Positions 22,407 through 37,725 of a stretch of DNA of 64,000 nucleotides are shown in pieces (the first letter of the stretch is position 1; each line of letters begins with the position of its first letter). The stretch covers positions 56,855 to 120,854 of IMG/VR virus record IMGVR_UViG_3300011008_002750; one strand, written 5' to 3'. The translations under genes were made by a program, and so were the position numbers. Under the pieces are notes generated by a model that was not told the origin of the DNA, ran no database searches, and worked only from the letters and a program-made list of their open reading frames with translations. Source of the stretch: a virus. Lineage: Duplodnaviria > Caudoviricetes.

Positions 22407-25067
22407 TTAAAATCTCCTTCCACTTAACATATTTCCAAATCCTTGATGGAAACCATTATTGTTATATAAACTTTGATCTATATTTCCTTGCATTACTGCA
22501 CCATAACCATTTTGTTTATGTCGTAGATTTCTGAAATTAGCACCAGCTGTTTTATAGAATGCATCAAACTATTCATCTGTTAACTATGCTTCTTTTTCAA
22601 CTAATATATTCAGCATCTAACCAATTTTATATAGTTTTTCTGTCTATGGGGCTTTTTCTATCCATTCATTTAAGAATTTAATAAATTGACGTGATTCAGG
22701 TGCAATAGAAATAAATAAGCATGTTATTGCAATATCATCATGACATAGTGATCCTTCGTAAGAATTTTTCTTTTTATTCTTTCCAAATTGATTCAACTCA
22801 TTAATAGAACTGAGATTAACATCTTGATCATGTTGTCTGACTAATATTTGTCTATTATGAATCATCTTAGCACCTAATTCACAGTAATAATTCTTTCCAT
22901 GTTCTCCGCCTGTTGTTCTGAATCCATATTGAAGTTTCATTTTTTGAATTGGCTATCCTGGTTTCTAAATCCCTTTAACTGTTTTGAGAATTAATGCATC
23001 ATAATAAGTAGGATGTTGTTTGAATTTATTAATCCAGTTATTTCCATTAAAATTCATTTCTATCAAAATTCTGACATTATCTATTTCACCATAACCAGTT
23101 TTCAATATTTGAAATGCAATATATTTAGCTGCTTCTGCACACTGTGTCTCATCTTTAAAATTATCGATATATAAACCGACTTGTTTATATTGGACACAAT
23201 CTTTAATAGATATAGGGCCTCCATTTCTGTTTACATTAATTCTATTAGGACTAAGTGGTTCTATTTCAAATATATTAATAATATTATAATCTGAATCTTC
23301 TTTTTCAACAGATGCTTGCTCAATTCCCTGTGCAGTGTCAACAACAAACAAGAATGATTTTCTATATAGTGTTTCATAATCCATATATGTTGGATTGAAA
23401 TCTGGTGCCCATAATATATTATTAGATATTTCTAATGGGACATGATTGAATTCTCTATGGACAAAATCTTGTTTAATTCTATTCATTAAGAGAATTGATT
23501 TTGGAGAAATTAATCTTGTACTGTCAGATTCAAATGATAATTTATATTCTCGTTCAAACAAATCATCATCCATCATTTTCTTTCTCTCTCTTTCTAACCA
23601 TTTTTCATCATGTCCTGGAACTTGCCACCAGTCAACACGGTTAAGAACCCAATCACTAGTTTTTTTAATTGCACTATCAACAATTTCATAGAATTTTCCA
23701 GTTGTTCCACGAGGTGTTGACGAAACAATAATCTATGAGTTTACAAGGCTGGACATTGTAGGAATAACAGATGCCCAGTATTCTGAAATAACGCCTTGAG
23801 GAATAAGAGCACACTCATCAATATATAATAAATGAATAGAATCACCAGTTGCAGGAGTTTTAGAAGCTGCTGCACATTTAATGCATGTTCCATTTTCTAA
23901 TTTAATTCTATTAGCAGAAATATTAAGTATACCCGGTTTTAAGAAGAATGGAAGTCCCTCTAAAAATTCTTTAACTTTTTCTACAATTCCAGAAGCAGTA
24001 GATTCTTTATTTGCACAAATAAAAATATTTCTATCATTATGAAATATTGCATACCACATTATAAATGCGCCAATAGTGGTAGTATTATGAGATAAAATAC
24101 CATTAGAATAATAACTATGATCTGATTCTTCAACAGATATATCATACATATATTGAAGTTGATGAGTATTTACTACTGATTTAACTTTTGTCCAGCCATT
24201 TTCAGTTAATATATAATGATTTTCAGTTAAATCTTTAATAAAAATCCACTATTCAATAAAATTAATAGATGCATAAATTCTATGATTATCTGCACCATCT
24301 AGAGTTAATCCATTTTCTAATTCAAGATGGTATATTTCAAAAGGTTTAGTTCTAAAAAGCTGTGTAGCGTGATTATACTAATCTTTTGATTTAATTTCAA
24401 ATTGGACATCTTGTTTTTCTATAAGTTTTTCTTGATGATTTTTACCAAATTTTATAGATTCTAATTTATAAATTATATTTGTTAATTTATTTTTAAATAA
24501 TTTAGTATCATTTAATTTATATGCATTATAAATTATTTTATCTAATAAAGATGGAAATTTAATATTATTAAAATATAATTCATATAATTTAATTTTTCCA
24601 TATTCTTTAGTATCTATAATGGAATTTCCAGATAGGCATTTTGAAGTTTGTCTACTCTAAAGTAAACATACCATTGGGTTGTCTGGCATAATAACCTCTT
24701 CATCTGGGTCCCAATGTTCACTAGATAATGTTTTTAAATTCTCTTTTTGAAAATCATATAATTTAACAGTTGTTCTTCCTTTCTTATTCAAAAATTTTGC
24801 ATAATTTTCAACAAACCATATACAATCATTAGAGCATTTGTCCATTATTTTAAGTTCTTCATCAGTATATTCAAATATAACACCGGCATCACGCCAATCT
24901 GGACTACCGTGAAAGAATGGAGTTGTATCAGCTTTACCACCATTTAGAACATTTGTAGTTATTTCTTTGATTTTTTCTGTAGAATAAACTTTAGATTTCT
25001 TTTCTAATTCGGCTTGCTTGTCTAATACATTACTATGTATGTCAAATTGTTGTCGAACCTTTGGCAT
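22407..25067 (-). CDS. terL: Terminase large subunit (T4 gp17-like) with a mini-intein, 886 aa (TAG=Gln)
   Basis: KLYDFQ, SRQTSK|TTT Walker A, LYIDECA Walker B, SSTPRG, VVDTAQG, IEMN, HDDIA; about 10 in-frame TAG. Confidence 0.93.
24084..24638 (-). mobile_element. Contiguous mini-intein (185 aa) in the terminase P-loop
   Basis: Starts CLSGNS after SRQTSK; GADNH (block B); MYDISV...NGILSHN followed by Thr; no endonuclease domain. Confidence 0.9.
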
Positions 25068-25126
25068 TATTAAATTATATAATTGTTTTCATTTTAATTA
25101 TTTATTATAAAGAAAAAGAAGAACCA

Positions 25127-26680
25127 TTATTTTGGTTCTTCTATTAATTTAATTAAATCATTTTCCAAATCTTTACTCCAACCTTCTACGCTATTGCACA
25201 TAAATTTAATATTTGGATTTTCTAGTGCTCTTTGAAAGTCTCTTTTATAAATGTCATAATTCCATATTCCAAGTCGAATTTCATCATCTCTAACAGGGTT
25301 TTCATGTTCATAATAATTAAAGTAAATATCTTCAAGCACATAACTTTCATTCATTAAATTATATTTTTCAATTATTGATAATAGCTTGTTCATTTCATAC
25401 CAATATGGAAAATGTGTAGTATAGTTCACGTGTGGTATACCCTCTTTGTCAAATAACTGACGTGTTTTCCATTTATCATAGTTCCAATAACTTTTAGGTG
25501 CTTTTGAATTACCTGTAAAGGATTGAGAATGATAGTGTGTCTGTAATATATCAAATAAAGTAAAAGGCTTTATTGCATATTCATCATCGCACATTGCCAC
25601 AAAACCAGTGTATTGATCTTTGTATTTGTTTATTACTGTTACAAATTTATTCAGAATATCAAGATGTGGATTGTATTGTCCATCTATTTTTGGTTTTGTT
25701 GGACACTCAATAAATTCAACCCAAGGAAACTTTTCTTCAAAAGATTTGTCATATTCGCCAATTACTACAAAATGATACTTGAATATACAGTTTTTTCTCC
25801 ACAATGATAGTGTAAGTTCAAGTTCTGTTCCTTGTGCACTACTTTGCTTGTAAGGTAGTATTACTAGTGTTTCATCTTTAAGTGCTTCCATAAGTTCAGA
25901 TTTTACACATTTTAATTCAGGATTAAGATTAAAGAAAAAATCAAAGTTTCGCCTTTTGCCCCACATAAAACCTCGTTCTTTTAGTCGCCAAACATATTCT
26001 TCCCAAGATTTTGTTATGTAGTGTTTCAAATATATTTTATCATATATTTTTGCTGAACGATTTTTAGAAAAATCTGTTCTGCACCAATTGCATTTATCAC
26101 TTGGTTGATGAGGATTCCAAAAAATAGAATCATCGTATTTTTTCAAATTAAAACAAGTTTTGCTAAGTGCATATAGTTGTTCGACTAAATACCCTGTAGA
26201 TTCATATTTATATGCTTCAAGAACTTTTTGATTTGGTTTTTGAATATAATTGCAAGCTCCATAACATTTCCATTGTAAAACTATAGCATCATAATCTTTA
26301 TATAGTGATATAACATTATCTAATTTATAATTATTATCTTCAAGTGTAATAAATTCATCAGCATCTATCATAAAGCACCAATCAAATTCTAAATAATTAC
26401 TTGAAAGATATTGAAGGCATCGTTTTACATAAAAATGATGTGGGCTTTTTACTTTAGTTTGTTTTAATTCTAATAAATATGTTTTTTCTTCTACATTAAA
26501 TAATTCTGAAATGTTTAATAATAAAATACAACTATATTTGTCAGTAATACCTTTATGCGAATCACTATCAAAATCTTCAAAAATGAAAATATAATCAATA
26601 CCTAGATGAAGATGGTATTGAATCCATTCGTCTAGGTATTGATGCTCATTTTTTATTATTGTACAAATACAAGATTTCAT
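25127..26680 (-). CDS. Two-domain glycosyltransferase (GT92/GT2-like N-terminal domain)
   Basis: CTIIKNEHQYLDEWIQYH, IDADEF, HYITKSWEEY; second domain with MCDDEY. Confidence 0.82.
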   Translation of the reverse strand: MKSCICTIIKNEHQYLDEWIQYHLHLGIDYIFIFEDFDSDSHKGITDKYSCILLLNISELFNVEEKTYLLELKQTKVKSPHHFYVKRCLQYLSSNYLEFDWCFMIDADEFITLEDNNYKLDNVISLYKDYDAIVLQWKCYGACNYIQKPNQKVLEAYKYESTGYLVEQLYALSKTCFNLKKYDDSIFWNPHQPSDKCNWCRTDFSKNRSAKIYDKIYLKHYITKSWEEYVWRLKERGFMWGKRRNFDFFFNLNPELKCVKSELMEALKDETLVILPYKQSSAQGTELELTLSLWRKNCIFKYHFVVIGEYDKSFEEKFPWVEFIECPTKPKIDGQYNPHLDILNKFVTVINKYKDQYTGFVAMCDDEYAIKPFTLFDILQTHYHSQSFTGNSKAPKSYWNYDKWKTRQLFDKEGIPHVNYTTHFPYWYEMNKLLSIIEKYNLMNESYVLEDIYFNYYEHENPVRDDEIRLGIWNYDIYKRDFQRALENPNIKFMCNSVEGWSKDLENDLIKLIEEPK

Positions 26681-26683
26681 AAA

Positions 26684-27403
26684 TTATTGGATTGCTTGAA
26701 TTCTAGATTCATAGTTTAACCAATGTTGAGCAGATTTATATGCTTGAACAGAAGCAGATGGTACATAAATTGGACAACTATTTGTATTGTCAAATACTAA
26801 ATCGCCATTTAATGTTGGAGGTGTTGTTGCTTCACATGTTACAGATGTCAAACTGCGGCAATTAGCGAAAACACTATCCCCAATGTTTGTCACACTATTA
26901 GGAATTGTGATAGATGACAAATAATAACAATTTTGGAAAGCACCATTTCCAATGCTTGTGACACTATTACCAATCGTCGTAGAGGTCAAATTTAAGCAAT
27001 TAGCGAAAGCACCACCTCCAATGCTTGTCACACTATTTGGTATAGTCACAGAAACTAGTGATTCTTGTGCGAAAAATCCGTTAATTGGTATTTCTTTTAA
27101 ATCCTCAATAAATTTAATTATACCTTTACCACCTTCATATGTATTTGATATAACTTCTGGCCAACTAGCGCCTGAACCACTTCCTGAACCACTTCCTGAA
27201 CCACTTCCTGAACCTCCACTGCCAAGCTCAATTGGTTTACCATCATTTGTAGTATACCAAATTTCATTATTCTCAGGTCCTACTGGTGGAACTGGTCCAG
27301 GAGTTTTTCCTTCAGCAAATAAATTACCATTAATATCCATCGCAATCAATGGACGAATTTCTGGAAGGTTTTGTAAAACCTCAACTTTAATAATGTGTTT
27401 CAT
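26684..27403 (-). CDS. LRR_5 (BspA/TpLRR-type) protein with a Gly-Ser linker
   Basis: SVTIPNSVTSIG..AF..C repeats; the start is probably MKHIIK at 27403. Confidence 0.85.
   Translation of the reverse strand: MKHIIKVEVLQNLPEIRPLIAMDINGNLFAEGKTPGPVPPVGPENNEIWYTTNDGKPIELGSGGSGSGSGSGSGSGSGASWPEVISNTYEGGKGIIKFIEDLKEIPINGFFAQESLVSVTIPNSVTSIGGGAFANCLNLTSTTIGNSVTSIGNGAFQNCYYLSSITIPNSVTNIGDSVFANCRSLTSVTCEATTPPTLNGDLVFDNTNSCPIYVPSASVQAYKSAQHWLNYESRIQAIQ
27171..27220. repeat. 12-bp tandem repeat (cctgaaccactt) encoding the GSGS linker
   Basis: Three full copies plus a partial copy. Confidence 0.85.
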
Positions 27404-27658
27404 AATTATATTTTTATTAATTTTTATAATTTTATTGTTTAATAATATTAATAACAAAATGTTCTATATTTACTATATTATATTTATTAAATAAATTTGA
27501 ATATATTTGAGTAAAATATATAAAAAACTTTTTTCTCAACCTGCCATAAAATAACTAATTGTTAGTTATTCGGTGAAATAAATTTATTTTTAATATAATA
27601 TATAGCTTCTAAGAAATTCTCCTAATAAATAATAAAATATATTATTTTATTAATATTA

Positions 27659-30600
27659 ATGGAAACTAATTGTCCACTGAAGCTATGGGTTTATACATTC
27701 TGTTATAACGAAGAAAAGATTCTTCCTTATGTTATTGAATACTGGAAATAGTATGCGGCTAAAGTTATTGTTTATGACAATGGATCAACAGATAATTCTC
27801 TGAAAATTCTATCTCAATATTCTTGGATTGAGGTCAGAGAATTTGATACTGAAAATACATTTGATCCAGAAAAAATTTCTCAATATAAAAGTTTCTGTTA
27901 TGCAGATGCAATTGGAAAAGCAGACTATGTTATGGTCTGTGATATTGATGAAGTTCTTCTTCCAACTGAAAATCTTCTTCCAGAATTAGTTCTTGCTAAG
28001 AAAGACAATATACAATTATTCCAAACTAAATATTATGAGATTATCAATAACGAATTAAATCCTAAATATGATTCTCTAATTCACACTGCAGAAGGCTATT
28101 ATGCATATCCAAATGTAAATATTCACAAAGCTATTGTTTTTGATCCACGAATAAAAATAGCATTTGGACATAATTCTTTAACATATTCAACAAATAGAAA
28201 TTATATTACAAAATCTATTATTACTTTACATCTTAAAATGATAAGTAGCAATATTTTGGTTTCTAGATAGAAGCATTTATATTTAAGATTAAATAAAAAA
28301 TATAAATATCAGGATGATGCTTTATATTATGGAAATATAAAAAATATTGGAACGCGGCTATCATATTTTAAGCTATTATTTCCATATAAATATAGGTTTA
28401 ACAAAAATGAAAATTATATAACAATATTTGATGATATATATACAATGATAAAAAATAATATAAAATTTAAAGACTTAACATGGTTGCCAACTGAAATTAA
28501 TCATAATTCTGAAAGTTCAAATAAAGAATGTATATTTGGAATTCCTATTTATAAATCAGATTTATCTACAACAGAAAAAGCATCATTAACGCAATTATGC
28601 AAAATTATTCAAAACAAATTTGAAATATGTTTAATCTGCCCAGAAGATCTTAATCTTAGAGAATATGTTGATATTGCAGATAAGTATAGTGTAAAACTAT
28701 CCACATTATTTTGTGCTAAACAATATTTTATGGGAACAGCTTCATATAGTTATATGTGTGAAACTGCAGATTTTTATAAATGTTTTAGTGAATACAAATA
28801 TCTATTTATATATTAGCTTGATGGATGGATATTTGAAGATGATGTTTAGAAATATTTAGATTTAGATGTTGACTATATTGGAAGTCCTTGGAACGGTGGG
28901 TCATTCAATTTGTCATGCGATACTATTGGAAATGGCGGAGTCAGCTTAAGAAAAGTTCAAAAATTTATAGATGTTTGCAATAGTTTTACTCCTGAAGATT
29001 ATGAAAAGGATTGGGTCAAAACTGAAGATTTGTTTTTCTGCAAAACAATGAAGGCAAAAGCAAATTTCAAATTGCCAACAGTTTAGGCTGGATCTAATTT
29101 TTCATTATGCGGATTATGGGGAAGATTTATGACAAAATACAATGATGGAAAATTGCCAATGTGTCTGCATGGGTGGCATAGAGATTATTCTTCATATTGG
29201 AAAAAATATATTAATTTAGATGAGTTCGAAACAACTGGGGATATTAAGATTGTTTAGCAACCTATATAGCCTATATAGAAATCCGATTATAAAACCAGAT
29301 TAGAATTAATTAAAATGAGATTGAATAAATCTAATAAACCTATAAATATATAGGCCCCTGCTAAAATAGAGAATAATAAAATAGAAAATAAAAACGAAAT
29401 TACGCAAAAAACAACGATGTCATCAGGATATGCAAATTTTTATAAAGATTTAAAATGGGAAACTAACAAGCAGACTACTACACAATATAGTGCTAAACCT
29501 GCTGTGTCAGCTAAGAAAGTAGAAGAGAAAAAAATTGAAGTTAAATAGGAAATACAAAATAATGCACATATTAATAAAGATAATTATTTATATTATATAT
29601 GTGAATCTGATGATATGCAAGTTCATTATAGTAATAATGAAAGAATTATTGTAACTATGACAACTTGGTCAAAACGAATAGGAAATATTCCTACAGTATT
29701 AACAAATATATTAAACAATACATTAAAACCATATAAAATTGTTATTAATCTAGCAGAAGAAGAATTTAAAAATAAAGAAAAAGATTTTCCAAATAATGTT
29801 AACGAGTTTTTAAATAATCATAAAGATATTATTGAAGTATATTGGGTAAAGCATAATACTAAAGTTTGGAAAAAAGTAATTCCAACACTATTGCGATACC
29901 CTAATGATATAATAATTTGTATAGATGATGATTGGATATATCCTAGCGACATGATACAAACATTATATAATGAATATATTAAATATAATAAAAATTATCC
30001 TATAAGTGGAAATAATTGTAGATTTTTTAATATGAATTGTCATTGTGGTTGCGGTTCATTAACAAGCTACAAATTATTAAATTCTTTAAATTAGCTATAT
30101 GCTATAAATGAAGAAACTGTTAAATATGGTAGTGATGACATTGTGTATAGTTATTGTGCTATTATAAATAGCAACGAATATAAATAGAGCCCAGTAAAAT
30201 ATTCTACAAATATGAAATCGTATAATGCAAATAATGCATTTAGTGCCGGTGCTGGCGCGGCGGAAAGAGTTAACATATAGAAAACATATAATAGTTTTAA
30301 AGTAAATTATGAAAAAAATAAAGATGTTGTTTTATATAATGATAATAAAACTGAATTATTTTATAATATATAGAATGGCAAAAAAATATTCGGAAAATCT
30401 AATATTAATTGGATATATACTGCAATAAAATATAATTACGAAAGTGACAATAAAAAAATATGCATAGTTATACCAATATATAAAGAAAAATTAACAGCAG
30501 ACGAAGAATATTCGTTAATTTAGTTATTCAATATAGTACAATATAAATATGATATTATATTAGTAAAACCATTTTCTTTAAATATAGAAAATTATACAAA

Positions 30601-31943
30601 ACTTATACCTTATAAATTTAATATATTAAATTGTAATCCAGCATATTTTAAAAAGAGAAATAATTTATATGAAACCCCATATTCATTTATGTTAGAAACT
30701 GCCGAATTTTATGAATGTTTTGTCAATTATGAATGGATGTTTATTTATTAGTTAGATGGTTGGATTTTTAAAGATAATTTTAATTATTTTATGAATAAAA
30801 ATTATGATTATTATGGATGTGTTCATGAAACAGTGACAACAGCTAAAAAAGGCGAAAATGGAAATGGCGGAGTAAGTCTTAGAAAAATTTCTGCATTTAT
30901 AAATAACTTATAGTCAATTAAAAAGAATCCAATATAGTTAGATAATAAAATACAAGAAGATATTGCATTTTCTAGATATTATAAAAATATATTTAATATT
31001 GCACCAATTGAATTTGCTTTAGAATTTGGTTTTTAGAATAATTGCGATCTTTTATATAAACATAATAAAAATAATTTACCAATGTGTGTTCATAAATATT
31101 TGGTTTATAATCCAACATTTTGGAAAAAATATATTAAATATCCAATTATGCCTATAATTAACAATAAAATTGTTGTCTCAATGACATCATATCCTAAAAG
31201 AATCGGAAATGTTAGCAAATCTATAGAATTATTATTAACAAAACAAACATTACCGCCTAATGAAATACATTTATGGTTAAGTATTGAAGAATTTCCTAAT
31301 AAAGAAAAAGATTTACCAATAGATTTGTTAAATACAATTAAAAATCATAAAAATGTATAGTTACATTGGCTGGAGAAAAATACATTTGTTCATAAACGAC
31401 ATGAAATATTTAAATATGCAGAAGATAATGATTATGTATTTTTATTAGATGATGATGTAGAATATGATAAAAAACTAATAGAAACGGTAATAAATTGTGC
31501 AAAAAATAATGAAAATACTATTATTTTATATCATAATTATTCATCTCATGTTTATTAGGGAAAACATATTATATATACACCAGATTCTAAAAATATAATG
31601 AATAAAAAAGAAATTAATAAATTTAGGTGGTGCGGATAGTCTATGATTCCTGTAAAAATCTATCCTAAAGAAATTTTAAGTGAAGCAAACCAAAATATAC
31701 GAAATAAAGTATCTCCGATAAGTGACGAATGCTGGTTCTAGCCATGGGTTGTATATTATGATATTCCTTTATATGCATGTACATTTAATTGGGGAACTGA
31801 TCTTAATAATACTATGAATACGGGAATAAATTCATGGTCCCATCAAAAAGAAGAAAATGGTTATACTAGACGAGATAATTGGTTAAATGCAGTTTTAAAT
31901 GCATATCCAGAAATATATAAAAAATATAAAAAACTATTTAATT

Positions 31944-31954
<11 letters not shown>
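27659..31954 (+). CDS. Giant multi-domain glycosyltransferase (GT2-like, DUF5672, GT-A, DUF5672, GT-A), 1431 aa (TAG=Gln)
   Basis: Single frame with no TAA/TGA. CYNEEKILP/YDNGSTD/DIDE; two copies of FIYQLDGW...GNGGVSLRK...ED; two copies of IVVSMTS(W/Y).KRI...DDD. Confidence 0.85.
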
Positions 31955-33807
<1,853 letters not shown>

Positions 33808-33820
33808 TTTCTCTTCATTT

Positions 33821-34984
33821 TTATTTCATTCTATATTCTTTAATATCTTGCATTAGCATTTCCCAATAATTATTTAACAAATCTTTTAATGTATTTTTAA
33901 GTAAAGTGACATATGTATGGTTATTAATTTCATTTTCAAATTGGAAATATGCCTATCCGTATTTTTGAACTTCTATACGTTTTTCATATGCACTTAAATA
34001 ATATGGCCTTCCTGCATATTGTATTTGTCGTTGGCGAATAACTATCCATATATTTTTTCCGTCTGCTGTATCTACATTAATATTAAATACATCATCTGTA
34101 TATCTGTCAGGGTTAACAAATTTGAAACTTTTAATATATGGGTCACTATTTAATAATTCTGCAACAGGTTTCGCTTTAGGCGGAATATTTTTCTAAGATT
34201 TATTAATACCTTTATAATCATCTATTAATTCTTGAATATCTTCATCTGGTTCATATCTTTCAGCTGCTCTTTTTGCTGCTTCTTTATATGGATTTGCCTA
34301 TTCATCATTAGCCGTTATCCATCTTCCATCGCCAAAACAAGTATATAGCATACCATTAATCTATTTGACGGCATTACCCCAATTTAATTTATATGCAACA
34401 ATTAAATATTGCATTAGCTAATCCAGATTACCACTATATTTTTTGAATATTATTCTTGGATTTTTGCCATCATAAAATGATTTAAGCATAAATGCCCAAG
34501 CTTCAAAAGACGGTTCGGAAATTTCAATTTTGCTTAGTGCATTATTTAATTTGTCTTCACGATCTTTGATTTGTTTATGAACCAAATTCCATCTATATTC
34601 ATCTTTAGAAATATCATACGTTATTGCTATAGCTTTTCCACCATTATAGTTGTCATCAATAATACGGACGGCATCTCCTAAAATACTTAGTTTATTTTTA
34701 ATATATTCTTTTTGTTCTTTATCTAATGGAATTCTTTTTTCTTCAACTGTATCGTATTCATGAATTTCTAAAACTTTAAAAGGAAGTGCAGGCATATTAG
34801 ATGGCATACTAATAGTATTTACGCTAAACATAAAATGTCTGCGTTCTTCTGGTGTATTAAACTAAGATATATAATTTTCATCCATTAAAACATCATCTAT
34901 CCAAGACTATGCACTTCTAAAAGATAAACCATATAATTTTTTAGCCTCTTCTTCATTATATGTAAAACTTTCAAATAAAAACAT
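33821..34984 (-). CDS. Hypothetical protein (MFLFESFTY family), 387 aa (TAG=Gln)
   Basis: Continuous with TAG=Gln; shares MFLFESFTY and PDEDIQEL..DYK with its neighbour. Confidence 0.75.
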
Positions 34985-34986
34985 AA

Positions 34987-36081
34987 TTAAATTTTAATTT
35001 TTATTTTTCCTAATTCATCTGGATCGTCATAATAAATTGCATTGACAGCCGAAACTATTTCATTATCAATTTCTTTTAATTTAACAGGGTGTGTTCTTTT
35101 TTCATAATGCTGTTTATGTGTAGCTACTGACACTGTATAAAACTCATCTTCATATTTTATCGCTGACGATGTATAATTATCAATATAAATTCTACCAGCT
35201 TGCTCATTAGTCAATAATACATCGATTGCATAATGATAGCCATCAATAACTTCATAATTTTTAACTTTTGAATTATTATCAAGACCTCTGCATATATGCA
35301 TTATTTTTGCAGGAATAGAACTCTTGCTAACATTTTTAGTATAATCTTTATAATCATTTGCTAATTCTTGAATATCCTCATCTGGTTTATACATAAAATT
35401 AGCATATGCATCTAACCATTTTTTGAATGGACCCGGAATTCTATCTCTATATTGTTCTGTTGCTAATATTTCAGAAATAATTTCCATTAAAGTATCTTTT
35501 GCATTTTCCCAGTCCATTTTAACTGCGACAATATATTTGGCACATACATCTTTTAACCCATTCTTTTTAGAGAATAATCTTTTATCAGGGGACTTTCTTT
35601 GTGAATATGCTTTTAACATATATAACCAAGTTTCTAATGTTGGCTGTGAGTCCAGAATTAACCCATATGTCATTCCTGCATTGATATTGTCATGCTCTTC
35701 ATTCCATCTAACTTCGTCTTCTCTAATATTATACACAAATTTAATATTTTTCTAATTATTTCCTCTTGTTTCATCTGTTTTAAAACCATTAGTAATTTCT
35801 ACACCATTATAATTTCGAAGCATTTTAATTGCATACTTATGGGCTTCTAACGGAAATACATCAACATAACCGTCTGAAAATATTTTATAAGTATCGATAA
35901 ATGAAATTTCATAAGTATTATTATGATGATCTTTATCCCAACATCTACGCACTGCAAATTTGCCATTATCTTTATAATCTTTATTTAGATAATTAGCAAA
36001 ATAATTAGAAGCATTATAAAAATCTTCATAATATTTTACTGCCCATTTGTCATCATATGTAAAACTTTCAAATAGAAACAT
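34987..36081 (-). CDS. Hypothetical protein (MFLFESFTY family), 364 aa (TAG=Gln)
   Basis: Track ORFs 35752..36081 and 34987..35736 are joined by one TAG. Confidence 0.75.
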
Positions 36082-36083
36082 AA

Positions 36084-36302
36084 TTAAAAATCATATTGTG
36101 AAAACATTCTATCCCAACATTCTGGACAAGTTCTAGTTATTAATAATTCGCGTTTAGTAGGTGGCAGATATGGAAATGCTTCTTGAACCAATTTTTCTCC
36201 TCGTTGCCATGCTCCTAAATCTTCTAAATCAACAGATATTGGAATTTCTTGACCACAACATTTACAACGAACTTTAAGATTTACAAAATTATCATTATTC
36301 AT
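36084..36302 (-). CDS. Small Zn-ribbon-like protein
   Basis: CKCCG...VQEAFPYL...RELLITRTCPECWD. Confidence 0.75.
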   Translation of the reverse strand: MNNDNFVNLKVRCKCCGQEIPISVDLEDLGAWQRGEKLVQEAFPYLPPTKRELLITRTCPECWDRMFSQYDF

Positions 36303-36387
36303 AATATAAATAATATATTTTACTTCAATATATTTATTAAAACTTTTAATGTGTTTGTTTTATAATAATTAAAAATAAAATAAAATT

Positions 36388-36759
36388 ATGATAACAAAAA
36401 CAGGACAGTTAAAACCATATTTAGAAACAGATAATGAAGAATACAAAGAGCTTATAAGTCTTTATAATGATTGGGAGGCTGATGTTGCATTTAAATCAAA
36501 CGTTAATTGGATAGACACTAATGAAAATTGGAAAAAGATGCATGAATATTGCAATGAACATAAAGATATATTGAAAAAATTCTGGTTGGAAATGTATAAA
36601 ACATTTGGAGAGGTTGGCCATTTCACATTTATGCTTGGTTTAGTTTTTCCAAATATGGTTGAGGTTGTTAGTGGACATTGTCCATTGAAATATATTGAAA
36701 CATCATGGTGGTTAAAATTTCTTAAAGAAAATGGAGAAATAGAAAATGTTAAAAAATAA
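36388..36759 (+). CDS. Hypothetical protein
   Basis: 123-aa ORF. Confidence 0.7.
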   Translation: MITKTGQLKPYLETDNEEYKELISLYNDWEADVAFKSNVNWIDTNENWKKMHEYCNEHKDILKKFWLEMYKTFGEVGHFTFMLGLVFPNMVEVVSGHCPLKYIETSWWLKFLKENGEIENVKK

Positions 36760-36765
36760 AAAGAT

Positions 36766-37017
36766 ATGAAAAAGATATATTGTATAGAAGAATGGTGTAA
36801 ATTTGAAGATGGTCAAAGAGAAATATTTAGAGATGCACTATTATGGGGTAGTCATGAAACTCCTTGGAAAATCGGGTGTGATGACATTCTTCATGAATTT
36901 GATAGCGAAAAAGAATTTACTGAAAAATTATTAAACATAATAAACAAAGGTGGTATAATTGGTAAAGTTTATATTAAAGAAATGCCAGATGATTATAAAC
37001 TAACACTATATTCATAA
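36766..37017 (+). CDS. Hypothetical protein
   Basis: 83-aa ORF. Confidence 0.7.
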   Translation: MKKIYCIEEWCKFEDGQREIFRDALLWGSHETPWKIGCDDILHEFDSEKEFTEKLLNIINKGGIIGKVYIKEMPDDYKLTLYS

Positions 37018-37035
37018 AATAGAAGAAAAATAAAG

Positions 37036-37075
37036 CTTCTATTTTTTCATTTGAATAAAAAGTATTAATTTTGCA
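37036..37075 (+). promoter_or_regulatory. Bacteroidota-type promoter, copy 2
   Basis: CTTCTATTTTTT, TTTG, TAATTTTG at +30. Confidence 0.8.
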
Positions 37076-37099
37076 TCGAAATTAAAAAATATTACAATT

Positions 37100-37228
37100 A
37101 TGAAAAATATAGCAGAATACGAAAAATGGAAAAAACAATTTTTAAACAATCTTATTAATTTTAATATTGAAAGTCTTTTAGAAGCTAATAAACTTTTAAA
37201 TCGTACAAAGAAACAGAAACAAAAATAA
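37100..37228 (+). CDS. Small hypothetical protein, 42 aa
   Basis: First ORF after the promoter; MKNIAEYEKWKK. Confidence 0.5.
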   Translation: MKNIAEYEKWKKQFLNNLINFNIESLLEANKLLNRTKKQKQK

Positions 37229-37232
37229 TAAT

Positions 37233-37472
37233 ATGGATACATTTAAATGGCATAAACAGTCTGAAGATGATATTTTGTTTGCAATTGATGATTGGGCATA
37301 TCATAGATTTGCTTGCTTAATGAAAGACGGTAAACTTGCAGAATTTAGCGGTTTGCATGATGAAACATATGATGGAGAAATAACTACGCATATTGATTGC
37401 ATTAGTGACAAATATGATTATTATACAATAGATGATATTAAAATGTGGATTGAAATTCCAAAATCTAAATAA
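37233..37472 (+). CDS. Hypothetical protein
   Basis: 79-aa ORF. Confidence 0.7.
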   Translation: MDTFKWHKQSEDDILFAIDDWAYHRFACLMKDGKLAEFSGLHDETYDGEITTHIDCISDKYDYYTIDDIKMWIEIPKSK

Positions 37473-37492
37473 TTAAATAAAATATTTAAATT

Positions 37493-37699
37493 ATGAAAAC
37501 AACAATTCCAGAAGAAATTTTTATTGAATGTATAAAAAGTGCAAATAATGGAGACCTGCAAGCTGAAGGTGTTTGTCCTGAATGTGAAAAAATGATAAAA
37601 TTCAAATATTACCCATATGAATGGGATCCACGTGATTCAACAGTAACATATATGGGTATTTGCCCTGAATGTGGAAAACCAATTTATGTGGGTGATTAA
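37493..37699 (+). CDS. Small Zn-ribbon protein
   Basis: Two CPEC motifs. Confidence 0.7.
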   Translation: MKTTIPEEIFIECIKSANNGDLQAEGVCPECEKMIKFKYYPYEWDPRDSTVTYMGICPECGKPIYVGD

Positions 37700-37725
37700 T
37701 AAAATAATTAAAAAATTTAAATATT

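Noticed and set aside
26952-27494. Antisense or alternative-frame ORFs inside real genes (e.g. 26952+, 19753+, 15541-, 7687-, 35423+)
   Set aside because: They are shadows of well-supported genes on the other strand or frame.
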